A stretch of 60,919 nt of DNA from Candidatus Sigynarchaeum calidifontis (lineage in GTDB: Archaea; Asgardarchaeota; Lokiarchaeia; Sigyniarchaeales; Sigyniarchaeaceae), in NCBI GenBank assembly GCA_030587475.2, contig JAUQYZ020000258.1, positions 1-60,919 on the forward strand. Direction: 5' to 3'. Below, one piece after another: positions 51,517 to 60,919 of the stretch. Under the pieces are notes generated by a model. It did no database searches and was not told the origin of the DNA. It saw only the letters and a program-made list of their open reading frames with translations. Numbering within the stretch: the stretch's first letter is position 1; each line of letters starts with the position of its first letter. A program made the translations under genes and the position numbers.

Positions 51517-52758
51517 ATGAATACGGACACGACTACGAGCTCGCCCAAGCGCGTGTCCTATAAATCCACGGCCATCGCGTGCTATGTCGGCATTTTTTGC
51601 CAGGCAATCGTCATCAATCTCACGCCCATCTTGTTCATCCCGCTCAGGGAACAGTTCGGACTGGCTTTTTCGGAGCTCGGGCTACTCATCTTCATCAACT
51701 TCACGACGCAAGTAGCCGTCGACATCGCCTTCAGCAAGGTCGTGGAGAAGTACGGCTACAGGTCGTTCGTGGTCGCATCGCACGCGTTCACGGTCGCCGG
51801 TCTCCTCCTCTTCGCATCGGCGCCCATGGTCATGCCCCGCCCATATCCTCTTTTCGTGGCAGCGACGGTAATTTTCTCCGCCGGGGGCGGTCTACAAGAG
51901 TTATTGCTCAGCCCCATCGTGAACTCCATTCCTACCGACGAGAAGGAAAAAGCAATGAGCGTGCTACACTCTTTTTATGCCTGGGGACAAGTAATGGTCG
52001 TCGTCATAACGACACTCCTGGTGTTCCTACTCGGGCGTACGTCTTGGCAATGGATAATGGTCTGCTGGGCAGTCATTCCCGCCGTGAACTTCGTCAACTT
52101 CATGCGGGTTCCGCTAGGCTCTCCGGTTCCCGAGACCGGGCCGCACATGGGCCTGGCCAGGCTTGCAAGGAAACCGTTCTTCATAGTCGCGATCATAACG
52201 ATCGCGGCTGGGGCGGCCGCGGAGATCACGATGGCCGGCTGGACATCGGCCTTTTTCGAGAAAACTCTCAACATTCCCAAAGCTATCGGCGATACAACTG
52301 GCGTGGCTGCCTTCGCGTTCATGCTGGGTCTCGGGCGGTTGTTATACGGCAAATTCGGCACCCGCATGTCCTTGCTGAAGGTCATGATTGCCGGGGCGAT
52401 CCTGGCGGCGGCTTGTTATCTTGTCGTCGCGTTCTCCCCGGTCAACGTGCTCTCCATCGTCGCGTGCATGGCATGCGGTTTTGGAGTGAGCTTGCTCTGG
52501 CCCGGCACGCTGGTACTATCTGCAAAACGTTTCCCAAAAGCAGGATCATCCATGTTTGCCATCCTTGCTGCAGGTGGCGACATGGGGGCTTCGATTGGGC
52601 CGTGGATCGTGAGCCTCGTAGCGGATGCCGCGGGGACACTCTCCGAGCAGATCGGGCTTCGCCTGGGCTTGCTCGTCGGTACTCTATATCCGATCCTAGC
52701 CTTTGTATGCCTGCATTGGATGGCGCGGCGCGACGCTTTTATCTCGGATGATGCATAG
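51517..52758 (+). CDS. MFS transporter
   Basis: About 12 TM helices, EKYGYR loop, LHSFYAWG. Confidence 0.9.
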   Translation: MNTDTTTSSPKRVSYKSTAIACYVGIFCQAIVINLTPILFIPLREQFGLAFSELGLLIFINFTTQVAVDIAFSKVVEKYGYRSFVVASHAFTVAGLLLFASAPMVMPRPYPLFVAATVIFSAGGGLQELLLSPIVNSIPTDEKEKAMSVLHSFYAWGQVMVVVITTLLVFLLGRTSWQWIMVCWAVIPAVNFVNFMRVPLGSPVPETGPHMGLARLARKPFFIVAIITIAAGAAAEITMAGWTSAFFEKTLNIPKAIGDTTGVAAFAFMLGLGRLLYGKFGTRMSLLKVMIAGAILAAACYLVVAFSPVNVLSIVACMACGFGVSLLWPGTLVLSAKRFPKAGSSMFAILAAGGDMGASIGPWIVSLVADAAGTLSEQIGLRLGLLVGTLYPILAFVCLHWMARRDAFISDDA

Positions 52759-52768
52759 ACGATACAAG

Positions 52769-53923
52769 ATGAGCACTGCGGATATTATTGGTTGGATTGT
52801 CCTCTTGTTGTATGCGAGCTATGTCGTGATATGCTTAACGTACATCCTCTCGCCGCCCGCCAACAATCCCCGCTCGTTCTTGAGGCAAAAGGAGATCGCG
52901 TGCCCTGGCCGGAAAAGGATCGTCTTGATTGGTGACAGCATCACCCACGGCCACGTTGGTGCGGATTATTCGACTTTACTCAGGCGGCGGCTGAACAACG
53001 CCGGGAAGGTCGTCGACGTTATCAACGCGGGCGTTAATTCGCAGCTCGCGTGGAACGTGCTCCAGAACATCGATGACATCGTTGCGTGCAACCCGGATTA
53101 CGTCACGATCCTCATCGGAACGAACGACGTGAACAGCACGCTTGATCCCATAAACGAGAAAACCTACCGGAGACAGTGGAAACTCCCACAAGTACCTGTC
53201 GATGCGGCTTGGTACCGGAAAAACTTGGAGGAGATAATCGGCACGCTCAAGGATCTCACGAAAGCCAAGATAGCTGTCCTGTCCTTGCCGACGGTCGGCG
53301 AGAACCCCGACGATAGAGGATTCCAGGCGGGTCAGGCCTATAGTAAAATAGCCAAAGACATCGCAAAAAAAGCGAATGTCGCATATCTCCCGCTATGCGA
53401 AACGATGACCGAGCTGGTAAAGGAAAAACCGTCAGTACAACATTATACCGTTAAACGGCAATCGTTGATGCAATACGGTCAAATCCTCTTGCATTATCAC
53501 GGTATTCCATATCGTTGGATATCGCGTGCTTTCAAGCTCCGCTTTCACGTTGATTTTTTACACTTGAACGACGCGGGCGCATCGATGGTCGTGGATCTCA
53601 TCGAAAAATTCGTGCTGGGCGATGAAATTTCGCGTGCAGTCGTGCCGAAAAAAATCAAGCGGACCGGATTCTTGACGCGGAAGGTCGCTGAAACGGTTCA
53701 AATAACGTCGACGACCACGCTCGTGCCGAAGCAAATCGATCCCGATGGTTTGAAGATTGGCTTTCTCATGGGCATGATCAACATGGAAGGGTTCAAGGCG
53801 ATCTGCCACCTTGACGAGGCTATGACCCTGGCCGCGTTTGCGAAGAAGATCGGCTGGGACGAGGCCAAATCGGCGGCGATGATGCATCGCTTGCTGGAAC
53901 AAGACTTGATTGGTATCGCGTAG
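52769..53923 (+). CDS. Membrane-anchored SGNH/GDSL hydrolase with C-terminal HTH-like extension
   Basis: N-terminal TM; GDSIT, NAGVN, IGTND, DFLH. Confidence 0.85.
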   Translation: MSTADIIGWIVLLLYASYVVICLTYILSPPANNPRSFLRQKEIACPGRKRIVLIGDSITHGHVGADYSTLLRRRLNNAGKVVDVINAGVNSQLAWNVLQNIDDIVACNPDYVTILIGTNDVNSTLDPINEKTYRRQWKLPQVPVDAAWYRKNLEEIIGTLKDLTKAKIAVLSLPTVGENPDDRGFQAGQAYSKIAKDIAKKANVAYLPLCETMTELVKEKPSVQHYTVKRQSLMQYGQILLHYHGIPYRWISRAFKLRFHVDFLHLNDAGASMVVDLIEKFVLGDEISRAVVPKKIKRTGFLTRKVAETVQITSTTTLVPKQIDPDGLKIGFLMGMINMEGFKAICHLDEAMTLAAFAKKIGWDEAKSAAMMHRLLEQDLIGIA

Positions 53924-53949
53924 AACGAAAAAAGATGAAAAACGAGCGA

Positions 53950-55179
53950 TTACGGGGTTCTTATTTTTTTATCCGCCACGACAATGGCCAGCAAGCTCAA
54001 CCCGCCCCCTGTTCCTATGACCAACACGACTGCCAAAGTAGTAAGGGGCGGGAAGAGCGCGATGGCAAGTACCGGCAAGAGAAAAGAGACCACGGCGATC
54101 AAATTGAAGATAAACTGCCGGCCGGGGTGAGTCAAGTATCTGTTATCCCGATCGCGCGAGAACAGCGGCAAGCATGCTGGGAACAAGATCCCGAGCAGGA
54201 ACAGCGCCGCGCCGTGCAGCCACGGCTCGAAAGCCAGCAAGGCAGAGTCAATATCTGTCCAAACCAAGAGAGCCTCGATCGCGATTAATCCAACAAACAC
54301 GGCGATCCCCAAACTTTTTGACTCGACCTTTATATTCTTGATGATGAGCACCTCGACAACCCCAGTTGCAGCGGCGAGAAACGCCCATGTCCATGTATTG
54401 TGCAATAAACCCATGGCCGACATCGCAGGATTGATTAAACTTATGGCGAGCAAGATAGCGAGGCCCTCTTCCGACCATTTCGGGATGGCACTGCTATCGA
54501 TAAAATAACGGTTTTCTCGCTCGTTTCCAGGGCCCGCACCTGGCTTGTTCACCAGCCACAAGAGCCACGCAGCGATTGCAACCACCGCCACGAGCACGAA
54601 GCGGAGTGGCGTGTCGACGATGGAACCCGGCCTGAACGTCATGTACAATGCAGCGGCCATGACGCCGAGATTAAGTTCGTGCGAGAACTGGAACCGCCCG
54701 GTGCCTCCCGTCCCTGCAGTAAAGAGTACCGGCACGGCAAAGAAGAACATCAAGCCATTCGTCCAGTATAGCACCGGCTTCACTAACGGCGTTAGATAAC
54801 CGAGGATCCCAAAGGTGCCACCAGCAGCGCCGATGCTCGACAAGTCAGGCACGAAGATCCCATAATATTGGTAATACGCCGAGAAGGCGAGCCAGTTCAG
54901 CGCCGCACAAGCGAGTATCGCCACGATTCCAAGTCCCGGCATGATTCTTATCATACTTTTGGATTTTTTCCAGCATGCGATCGAGAAAAAAACGGTAACG
55001 AACGGCGACAAGACCGGCGCAAGTACAAGGAGAATGTCCTCGATGGCGATTTCTCGAAGGTTCATGTTGAAAAAATTGAGCATGATCTGCAAGAAAAACG
55101 GGAACCACTCGACCACGGCGATCAACAAGACTGTCCACGCGATGACGCGAGAAATATCGATAGATTTGATTGCTTGCAT
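53950..55179 (-). CDS. Polytopic membrane hypothetical protein
   Basis: About 12 hydrophobic helices; 13 nt downstream of the metallophosphoesterase gene. Confidence 0.7.
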   Translation of the reverse strand: MQAIKSIDISRVIAWTVLLIAVVEWFPFFLQIMLNFFNMNLREIAIEDILLVLAPVLSPFVTVFFSIACWKKSKSMIRIMPGLGIVAILACAALNWLAFSAYYQYYGIFVPDLSSIGAAGGTFGILGYLTPLVKPVLYWTNGLMFFFAVPVLFTAGTGGTGRFQFSHELNLGVMAAALYMTFRPGSIVDTPLRFVLVAVVAIAAWLLWLVNKPGAGPGNERENRYFIDSSAIPKWSEEGLAILLAISLINPAMSAMGLLHNTWTWAFLAAATGVVEVLIIKNIKVESKSLGIAVFVGLIAIEALLVWTDIDSALLAFEPWLHGAALFLLGILFPACLPLFSRDRDNRYLTHPGRQFIFNLIAVVSFLLPVLAIALFPPLTTLAVVLVIGTGGGLSLLAIVVADKKIRTP

Positions 55180-55192
55180 CGTGCATCACCTT

Positions 55193-57037
55193 TTAACCGA
55201 GGGCTGGTTCGATGCGCAAAGAGACCACGCCGCGCGGGGCAGCTGGCACGCGGGCATCAATCCACCAGTGGGTCCCGTTCGTGACTTGCGCCCGGATGTA
55301 CGCGTGGGCGCCATCCCCGAACGTCGCATTCAAGACCCAGTGGTGTCCCGCCGGAGCATTCGGCAGCAAGAAGGTCGCCCTTGCAGCTCGAAGTGCCTCG
55401 TTCCCCGTGTTGTTCAACGTCCACGTCGACCCCGCCGAGACCAGCGAGCCGAGCCCCGCGTCGTCTAACCGGGAGACACGGAACATGCCCACGGGGAAGC
55501 TCACTTGGGGGTCGCGAATCCCATCCCCGTCGAGGTCATACGTGTAGTTCGATGCATGGTTCTTGCTGATGCTAACAAGGCGGTAGCCGGAATATCGCAG
55601 CTGGGCGTTCGTGAAGCTCCCCACGGGCATGACCGTGTCGCCATTTTTCGCGGCCGTCCTAGTCATTAATATTTGCGGCTCCCGGATCGGTTGCAAGTAG
55701 GACGTGGTGGCGTTCGTCGTTTCAAGGACCCCAGCCAGGATGGCCATGTACTCGGCTTCGCTGCCCTCGATCAAGGTACCCACGTTGTTGAAGATGGCAT
55801 CGCGCAGCTTGCCGATGCTACCAACGAGATCCGAGTGCGTGTGTCCCACGAAAATCCCCGTCAAGTTCTTGTCTATCATCAAGTCGCCGATTCCCATCCA
55901 TCCGCTTTGAAAGTAGGAGGGGTCGATGTTGTAATGGCACGTGAGGAACACGGGTGCCCCTGGCACGATAGGCATCGCCTCGCTCGCTATCCAGTTGAGC
56001 GTGCTGCTACCAATTGGGAGCGAGCTATCGATTCCGATAATCTTCACGTCGTCGAAGCGGGTTGCCGAGTTCAATGGACCGAAATAATGTTTCCAGAGAC
56101 CGAGATTCCGGTTGTCATGGTTTCCCGAGACTAACACGATCGGCAAGCCAAGGGCTGACAAGCGGTTATATGCAATGTCGTATTGCCCAGCACTCCCCGT
56201 TCTCTCGTCGCCGGGGCCTTCCATCAAGTCCCCGGACAGCACGATCACGTCGGGGGCGATGACTTGCGAATCGGCTTCCCAGAGCGAGTTGTTCCCCAGC
56301 CAATTCGGGTTGTCCGCGCAATAATGCGTGTCGGTAACGTGCATGATCGTGAATTGCTTGATTTCTTTGCCCCCTGGCGTCGCTTTTAACCCATCAGACG
56401 ACCGGGCGTCGTGAATCCAGGGGATCGAGACAGCGTTCCGCTCCACGAGCAGGAACGGGCGGTTCCCGGTGAATACATTACCGGAGGCCGAGCCAGCAGG
56501 CCCGCGCCACGAGCCGATAGCAGGTACGAGGTTCACCGAGCCGCTTCGCTGCAGTGCTGGCGTGATCGGGGTCTTGAACCCGATGGCGAGGTTGTGCATA
56601 ACCGGCACGACATCGGCCGGGATGCGACACGTGATGCCCAGCGCGGACGGGATGACCGGATTGACATCAAGGCCGCCGCCAAAGAGCACGAGCTGGTTTT
56701 TTCCCGTGAACACGCTGTCCACGACCAGCGGGGTGCAATTGGCAGTCGGCATGATCGCCGGCACGAGGGCAACGTGCCAGTTGGATTTATCAAGCCATTG
56801 CACGGGGATCGGGGTGCTTGCTGGCTCGGGCGCGACCCAGACCGTGATTGTTCCATCAAGATACGTGGTGGTGTTCATGCCCGGCCCCGGCGAGAAAGGC
56901 CCGCGGATCGGGCTCCCGAAGCGCGGGTAAACGATGGTTGCAGTTGCGTTTGCATCGACCGTCGATACAAAATAGGTTCCCGCAGCCAAGAAGGCCGCAA
57001 TGATGATGATACTCGTGATCACTCTTTTTTTATCCAT
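55193..57037 (-). CDS. Secreted/anchored calcineurin-like metallophosphoesterase
   Basis: N-terminal signal/TM; TDTH, SGD, GNHD, CH, GHTH. Start MDKKR at 57037. Confidence 0.85.
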   Translation of the reverse strand: MDKKRVITSIIIIAAFLAAGTYFVSTVDANATATIVYPRFGSPIRGPFSPGPGMNTTTYLDGTITVWVAPEPASTPIPVQWLDKSNWHVALVPAIMPTANCTPLVVDSVFTGKNQLVLFGGGLDVNPVIPSALGITCRIPADVVPVMHNLAIGFKTPITPALQRSGSVNLVPAIGSWRGPAGSASGNVFTGNRPFLLVERNAVSIPWIHDARSSDGLKATPGGKEIKQFTIMHVTDTHYCADNPNWLGNNSLWEADSQVIAPDVIVLSGDLMEGPGDERTGSAGQYDIAYNRLSALGLPIVLVSGNHDNRNLGLWKHYFGPLNSATRFDDVKIIGIDSSLPIGSSTLNWIASEAMPIVPGAPVFLTCHYNIDPSYFQSGWMGIGDLMIDKNLTGIFVGHTHSDLVGSIGKLRDAIFNNVGTLIEGSEAEYMAILAGVLETTNATTSYLQPIREPQILMTRTAAKNGDTVMPVGSFTNAQLRYSGYRLVSISKNHASNYTYDLDGDGIRDPQVSFPVGMFRVSRLDDAGLGSLVSAGSTWTLNNTGNEALRAARATFLLPNAPAGHHWVLNATFGDGAHAYIRAQVTNGTHWWIDARVPAAPRGVVSLRIEPALG

Positions 57038-57144
57038 GATCGAGACCACTCTTCGAAAAATGCGGTGTGTGATTTCAATCGAGCATATCGATGGAGGGGA
57101 ATAAAAAAGGACCTTAAGGTTTTTTGATATCTGGAGACATGCGT

Positions 57145-58437
57145 TCACCCAAGGCTCGTGAGCATCGACTTGATGGCTTTCACTATCTCGTAACCCGTCT
57201 CTGCGGAGCCGGCTAGGGATGCCTCGTACCCCTTCTTGTTGTAATACGAGTCACGCGTCGTGATGTAGGCGACAGCGCCATCTGCGAGCGTTAAAACGGC
57301 CGGCACGTATTTGCGGCCATTCTCGCGGATCGCATTCTTGATGGCAATGCCGAACTCGCCAAATGGCTCTCCCGGGATCGCCACGAGCACGAGATTGTTG
57401 ATCCTGAGGATCGTGATGCGAATTTCAAGGTACAACTTGCCGCCTTTATCGATCACGCCAATGAAACCCAGGTCAAACTGCCTGTAAAAATCGATCTTGA
57501 TCGGATCGGTGATCTCGACGAAGATGGTCTTCTTGATGACCTGGAGGGAAGCGGGCTCGCCACGGATCGCGATCTGTTTCAAGTTCTCTTCCCGGAAAGC
57601 CTTGATAACATCAGCGGCGACCTGGTTGCCGACGTTTTCGGCATCCCGGATCTCGCGCACCTCCTCGCCGAATTTGCAGTTGTACGGGTTCGTATTGCCG
57701 GCAGCACCTTGCGCGAAGATGACAGGTGTCATCCTACCGAGATGGAACGCTCGTGCGAGGAGGCTGGCGCTAAAAAACGGCCAATCCGCCGAGATGAGAT
57801 AATTTTCCTCACCTAATGCAACGCAATGGTTGGCAAGGTTGTAAAAGAGAGCGCGGATGTTTTTTCCATCGAGCTTGCCGTCATCGTTCAAGAAAGCAAG
57901 GGCGAGCACGTCGCGGTCAACGATCTTGGCTGCCACGTCGCCATAGCGCCGGTTGTGTCCTGTATCGGTCGTCCCGATGCCGTATCGCAGCGTGAGCGGC
58001 TTCATGTCCTGGAGCGCGCCGTAGACACTGGAGGCAATGGTTCGCTGGAGGTAAGGTAGACCGTGTTTCACGTACCACCCCTGGTCGATATCGTTCCTTC
58101 TCTTGACCGGCTTGTAGTAGAAGTCGAGGCCCGCTTCCAGCCGCTGTGATGAGTGCGTGTGGATGGCGGAAATCACGATATTCTCGGCTTTAACGTCGCC
58201 TCGCGTGATTTCTTCAATGATAGCCTTGATGCCATCCGTGAAATCGTAATTCACCCAGAGCAAATCGCAGATGATCACGGCCGCATACATGCCTGTTCCC
58301 GAGTCATGAAATAGTATGCATCTGGCGCGCAAATCATCGTGGATGCCGAGTGCATGGAACTTGCGATTTTCATACCCCCCGAGCGGCGTACCGAGTGGCG
58401 GAGTGATGGTAACCTGGCTGAAGCCGGCTTCGAGCAT
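57145..58437 (-). CDS. Neutral/alkaline non-lysosomal ceramidase family protein
   Basis: ITPP...LGGY, GIHDDLRAR, AIHTHS, ANH, SADWP, QGAAGN, IPGEPF. Confidence 0.8.
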   Translation of the reverse strand: MLEAGFSQVTITPPLGTPLGGYENRKFHALGIHDDLRARCILFHDSGTGMYAAVIICDLLWVNYDFTDGIKAIIEEITRGDVKAENIVISAIHTHSSQRLEAGLDFYYKPVKRRNDIDQGWYVKHGLPYLQRTIASSVYGALQDMKPLTLRYGIGTTDTGHNRRYGDVAAKIVDRDVLALAFLNDDGKLDGKNIRALFYNLANHCVALGEENYLISADWPFFSASLLARAFHLGRMTPVIFAQGAAGNTNPYNCKFGEEVREIRDAENVGNQVAADVIKAFREENLKQIAIRGEPASLQVIKKTIFVEITDPIKIDFYRQFDLGFIGVIDKGGKLYLEIRITILRINNLVLVAIPGEPFGEFGIAIKNAIRENGRKYVPAVLTLADGAVAYITTRDSYYNKKGYEASLAGSAETGYEIVKAIKSMLTSLG

Positions 58438-58469
58438 GATCGTTCTATCTTCCACTTCTCAACTATCGA

Positions 58470-58477
58470 TTTAAAAA
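58470..58477 (+). promoter_or_regulatory. TATA-like box for the GH2 gene (probably leaderless)
   Basis: TTTAAAAA about 22 nt upstream of the ATG at 58499. Confidence 0.45.
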
Positions 58478-58498
58478 CATGGTCATGAACAAGGATGC

Positions 58499-60871
58499 AT
58501 GGCAAGAGCCACGAAGGTGTTACGGGACGATTGGGCATTCCACCTAGGTGACTGCCCGGGCGCCGAGATTCCGGATTTCAAGGACGATGAATGGCAAATC
58601 GTAAACGTACCACACGACTGGAGTATCCATGGGAAGTTCACGAGAGATTCCATCGAGTTTTTCGACATGTTCACCAACATCGGCCATCGCATCGGTTATT
58701 TGCCACAAGGCATCGGGTGGTACCGAAAATCATTCCAAGTTCCCGCCGAGCACGAGGGCAAGATCACGGCCGTGCAGTTCGATGGGATTTACAAGAACGC
58801 CGACGTGTACATTAACGGCAACCACCTGGGCTTCCATCCATACGGGTATACGTCGTTCCATTATGATTTAACCCCTTATTTAAGATACGGCGCGATGAAC
58901 GTGCTCGCCATACGAGTGAATAACTTTGGTATCAGCAGCAGGTGGTATTCCGGGTCTGGCATCTACCGAAAAGTCACGATCACGACAACATCCAAGATCC
59001 ACGTCGCCCAGTGGGGTCATTACATCACCACGCCCGAGATCAAGGACACCACCGCCACCGTTCACGTCCGCACGACGATCGTCAACTCGACTGGCACGAT
59101 AGCAGCCATCGAAATCGAGACCGATGTCATCGATAACGGCCTTGCGGTCGCCACGGCGAAAAACGAGCGAAAAATTCCCCCCGGCGAGATTGTTATCGAC
59201 CAGTCTCTACAAGTTACGGGTCCCAAGATCTGGGACGTCGAAACACCATTCTTGTACGTGGCACGAACGAGAATATTCTCTTCTGGCGTGGAAATGGACT
59301 CTTACGAGACCCCGTTCGGTATTAGGGCGTTCAAGTTTGATCCCGACACGGGTTTCTACTTGAACGGGAAACCACTGAAGATCAAGGGCGTGTGCCTCCA
59401 CCATGACAACGGCTGTCTCGGCGCCGTCGAGCATCCCCGGGCTGCATCGAGGAAACTGCGCATTCTCAAGGAAATGGGTTGTAACGCGATACGGACCAGC
59501 CATAACCCTGCCAGCGTGGAATTCATGGACGCCTGCGATCGCGAGGGCTTTCTCGTCATGAATGAGATTTTCGATGAATGGACGGTTGCCGGGAAAAAAA
59601 CACCTTATGGGTACTGGAACCATTTCAACGATTGGCACGAGCGCGATATCACGGATTTCGTGCTTCGAGATCGAAATCACCCGTGTGTCATTCTCTGGAG
59701 CGTTGGAAACGAGGTTCCAGAACAAAAAACAAAGGCAGGCGCGGAAATCTGCAAGAAGCTCGCCGAACTGTTCCGAATACTCGATCCGACGAGGCCCGTC
59801 ACGAGCGGATCGAATAACCCGGTAGAAGCGAACAAGAGCGGATACTCGGATCATCTCGATGTCGTGGGCTATAACTATTATGGTGATCACGTATACAAGG
59901 TGAGCGACGAGCGTGTCCTCGTGAGATACGACGAGGAACACGAGAAATACCCGAAGCGCTGCATGATCGGGTCGGAAAACGTGTCGAACTGGGCCACCCG
60001 TGGCGTGTATGATTTTCCCCAGTACCTCGCCGGCCAGAGCTGGAAGCTCAAGGACCATTACATGTGCTCGGCTTACGACTTGACTTCGGAAATTCCTCTC
60101 TGGGTGCTCAAGACGCGCCCCTACGTGAGTGGCATGTTCACGTGGGAAGGATTCGACTACCTTGGCGAGCCAAGCCCGTATGAATGGCCGTCCAGGAGCT
60201 CCAATTTCGGCATCGTTGATCTCGCCGGCTTCCCGAAGGACACCTATTATTTGTACCAGTCTTTCTGGGTTCCGAGAAGCAAGCGACCCATGGTGCACGT
60301 GATGCCCCATTGGAACTGGGATAAAGGGACGACCGTGCCCGTGTGGGTGTATTCGAACTGCGAGGCCGCGGAGCTGCTCGTAAACGGTAAATCGTTGGGC
60401 GAGCAGCGATTCGCCGAGGCAGAGGCCGACGGGCTCATGCATCTCGAATGGCTGGTACCCTTCGAGCCGGGCGAGATCACCGCAGTAGCCAAGCAAGAAG
60501 GCAAGGTCATGGCGAAGAAGGTCGTTTGCACTGCGGGGTCCGCGTTTCAACTAAAACTCTCGGCGGATTGGAATGAAATTGCCGCTGATGATGACATAAT
60601 GTACATCACTTGCAGCGTCCATGATGCGATGGGAAACATCGTGCCGACTGCGAGCAACCTCGTGACATTCACGGTCGAAGGGCCTGGAAAGGTTATCGGG
60701 GTGGACAACGGCTGCCCGATCGATCACCAGCCCCTCGATGGTGACCAGATCCACGCGTTCAACGGGTTGTGCCTTGCGGTCATCGAGTCGACCGGTAAGA
60801 AAGGTTCCATCAACGTCATTGCCGCGTCTGCGGGCTTAAAATCCGCCACGATATCCTTGAAAGCGAAATAA
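58499..60871 (+). CDS. GH2 glycoside hydrolase (beta-galactosidase-like)
   Basis: VPHDWSI, RWYSGSGIYR, GVCLHHD, AIRTSHNP, WSVGNE, GSE, FDYLGEP, GVDNG. Confidence 0.93.
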   Translation: MARATKVLRDDWAFHLGDCPGAEIPDFKDDEWQIVNVPHDWSIHGKFTRDSIEFFDMFTNIGHRIGYLPQGIGWYRKSFQVPAEHEGKITAVQFDGIYKNADVYINGNHLGFHPYGYTSFHYDLTPYLRYGAMNVLAIRVNNFGISSRWYSGSGIYRKVTITTTSKIHVAQWGHYITTPEIKDTTATVHVRTTIVNSTGTIAAIEIETDVIDNGLAVATAKNERKIPPGEIVIDQSLQVTGPKIWDVETPFLYVARTRIFSSGVEMDSYETPFGIRAFKFDPDTGFYLNGKPLKIKGVCLHHDNGCLGAVEHPRAASRKLRILKEMGCNAIRTSHNPASVEFMDACDREGFLVMNEIFDEWTVAGKKTPYGYWNHFNDWHERDITDFVLRDRNHPCVILWSVGNEVPEQKTKAGAEICKKLAELFRILDPTRPVTSGSNNPVEANKSGYSDHLDVVGYNYYGDHVYKVSDERVLVRYDEEHEKYPKRCMIGSENVSNWATRGVYDFPQYLAGQSWKLKDHYMCSAYDLTSEIPLWVLKTRPYVSGMFTWEGFDYLGEPSPYEWPSRSSNFGIVDLAGFPKDTYYLYQSFWVPRSKRPMVHVMPHWNWDKGTTVPVWVYSNCEAAELLVNGKSLGEQRFAEAEADGLMHLEWLVPFEPGEITAVAKQEGKVMAKKVVCTAGSAFQLKLSADWNEIAADDDIMYITCSVHDAMGNIVPTASNLVTFTVEGPGKVIGVDNGCPIDHQPLDGDQIHAFNGLCLAVIESTGKKGSINVIAASAGLKSATISLKAK

Positions 60872-60919
60872 ACGACCCATCGTTTGCTTTATTTTTTGAA
60901 CAACCATGTTCGTTTCGAT

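Noticed and set aside
51579-52751. 390-aa Arg-rich alternative-frame ORF
   Set aside because: Overlaps the MFS gene on the same strand; composition is typical of an off-frame translation.
59207-60550. 447-aa minus-strand ORF (similar shadows at 43203-44447, 45144-46112 and 13750-14712)
   Set aside because: Antisense to well-supported genes and without recognisable domains.

Overview
Gene-dense chromosomal segment of an archaeon, most likely an Asgard archaeon of the Loki/Sigyn type. This is an inference from a Rab-like small GTPase, a TM + longin-like protein, a Cys/His RING-like finger, an archaeal tRNA with a bulge-helix-bulge intron, TATA-like promoters and GGTGA ribosome-binding sites. 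Content: the end of gyrB and all of gyrA; many glycan/lipid hydrolases (sialidase, GH43, GH116, GH95, two GH2, ceramidase-like, SGNH); two aconitase-family enzymes; cobalamin-related genes (PduO, a stand-alone B12-binding domain, three UroD/MtaA-family proteins); transporters; and a tusA-dsrE-iscS-iscU operon. The most notable items are (1) a tRNA-Gly(GCC) split by a 30-nt BHB intron at the unusual 8/9 position, (2) the sulfur/Fe-S operon, whose IscS lacks the PLP lysine and whose IscU is fused to a degenerate thioredoxin-reductase-like domain, (3) a radical SAM enzyme with a CX4CX2C motif, (4) several unusual domain fusions and (5) a candidate C/D-box kink-turn RNA. No CRISPR array, rRNA or mobile element was seen. 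All product calls come from motif recognition by eye, without database searches.
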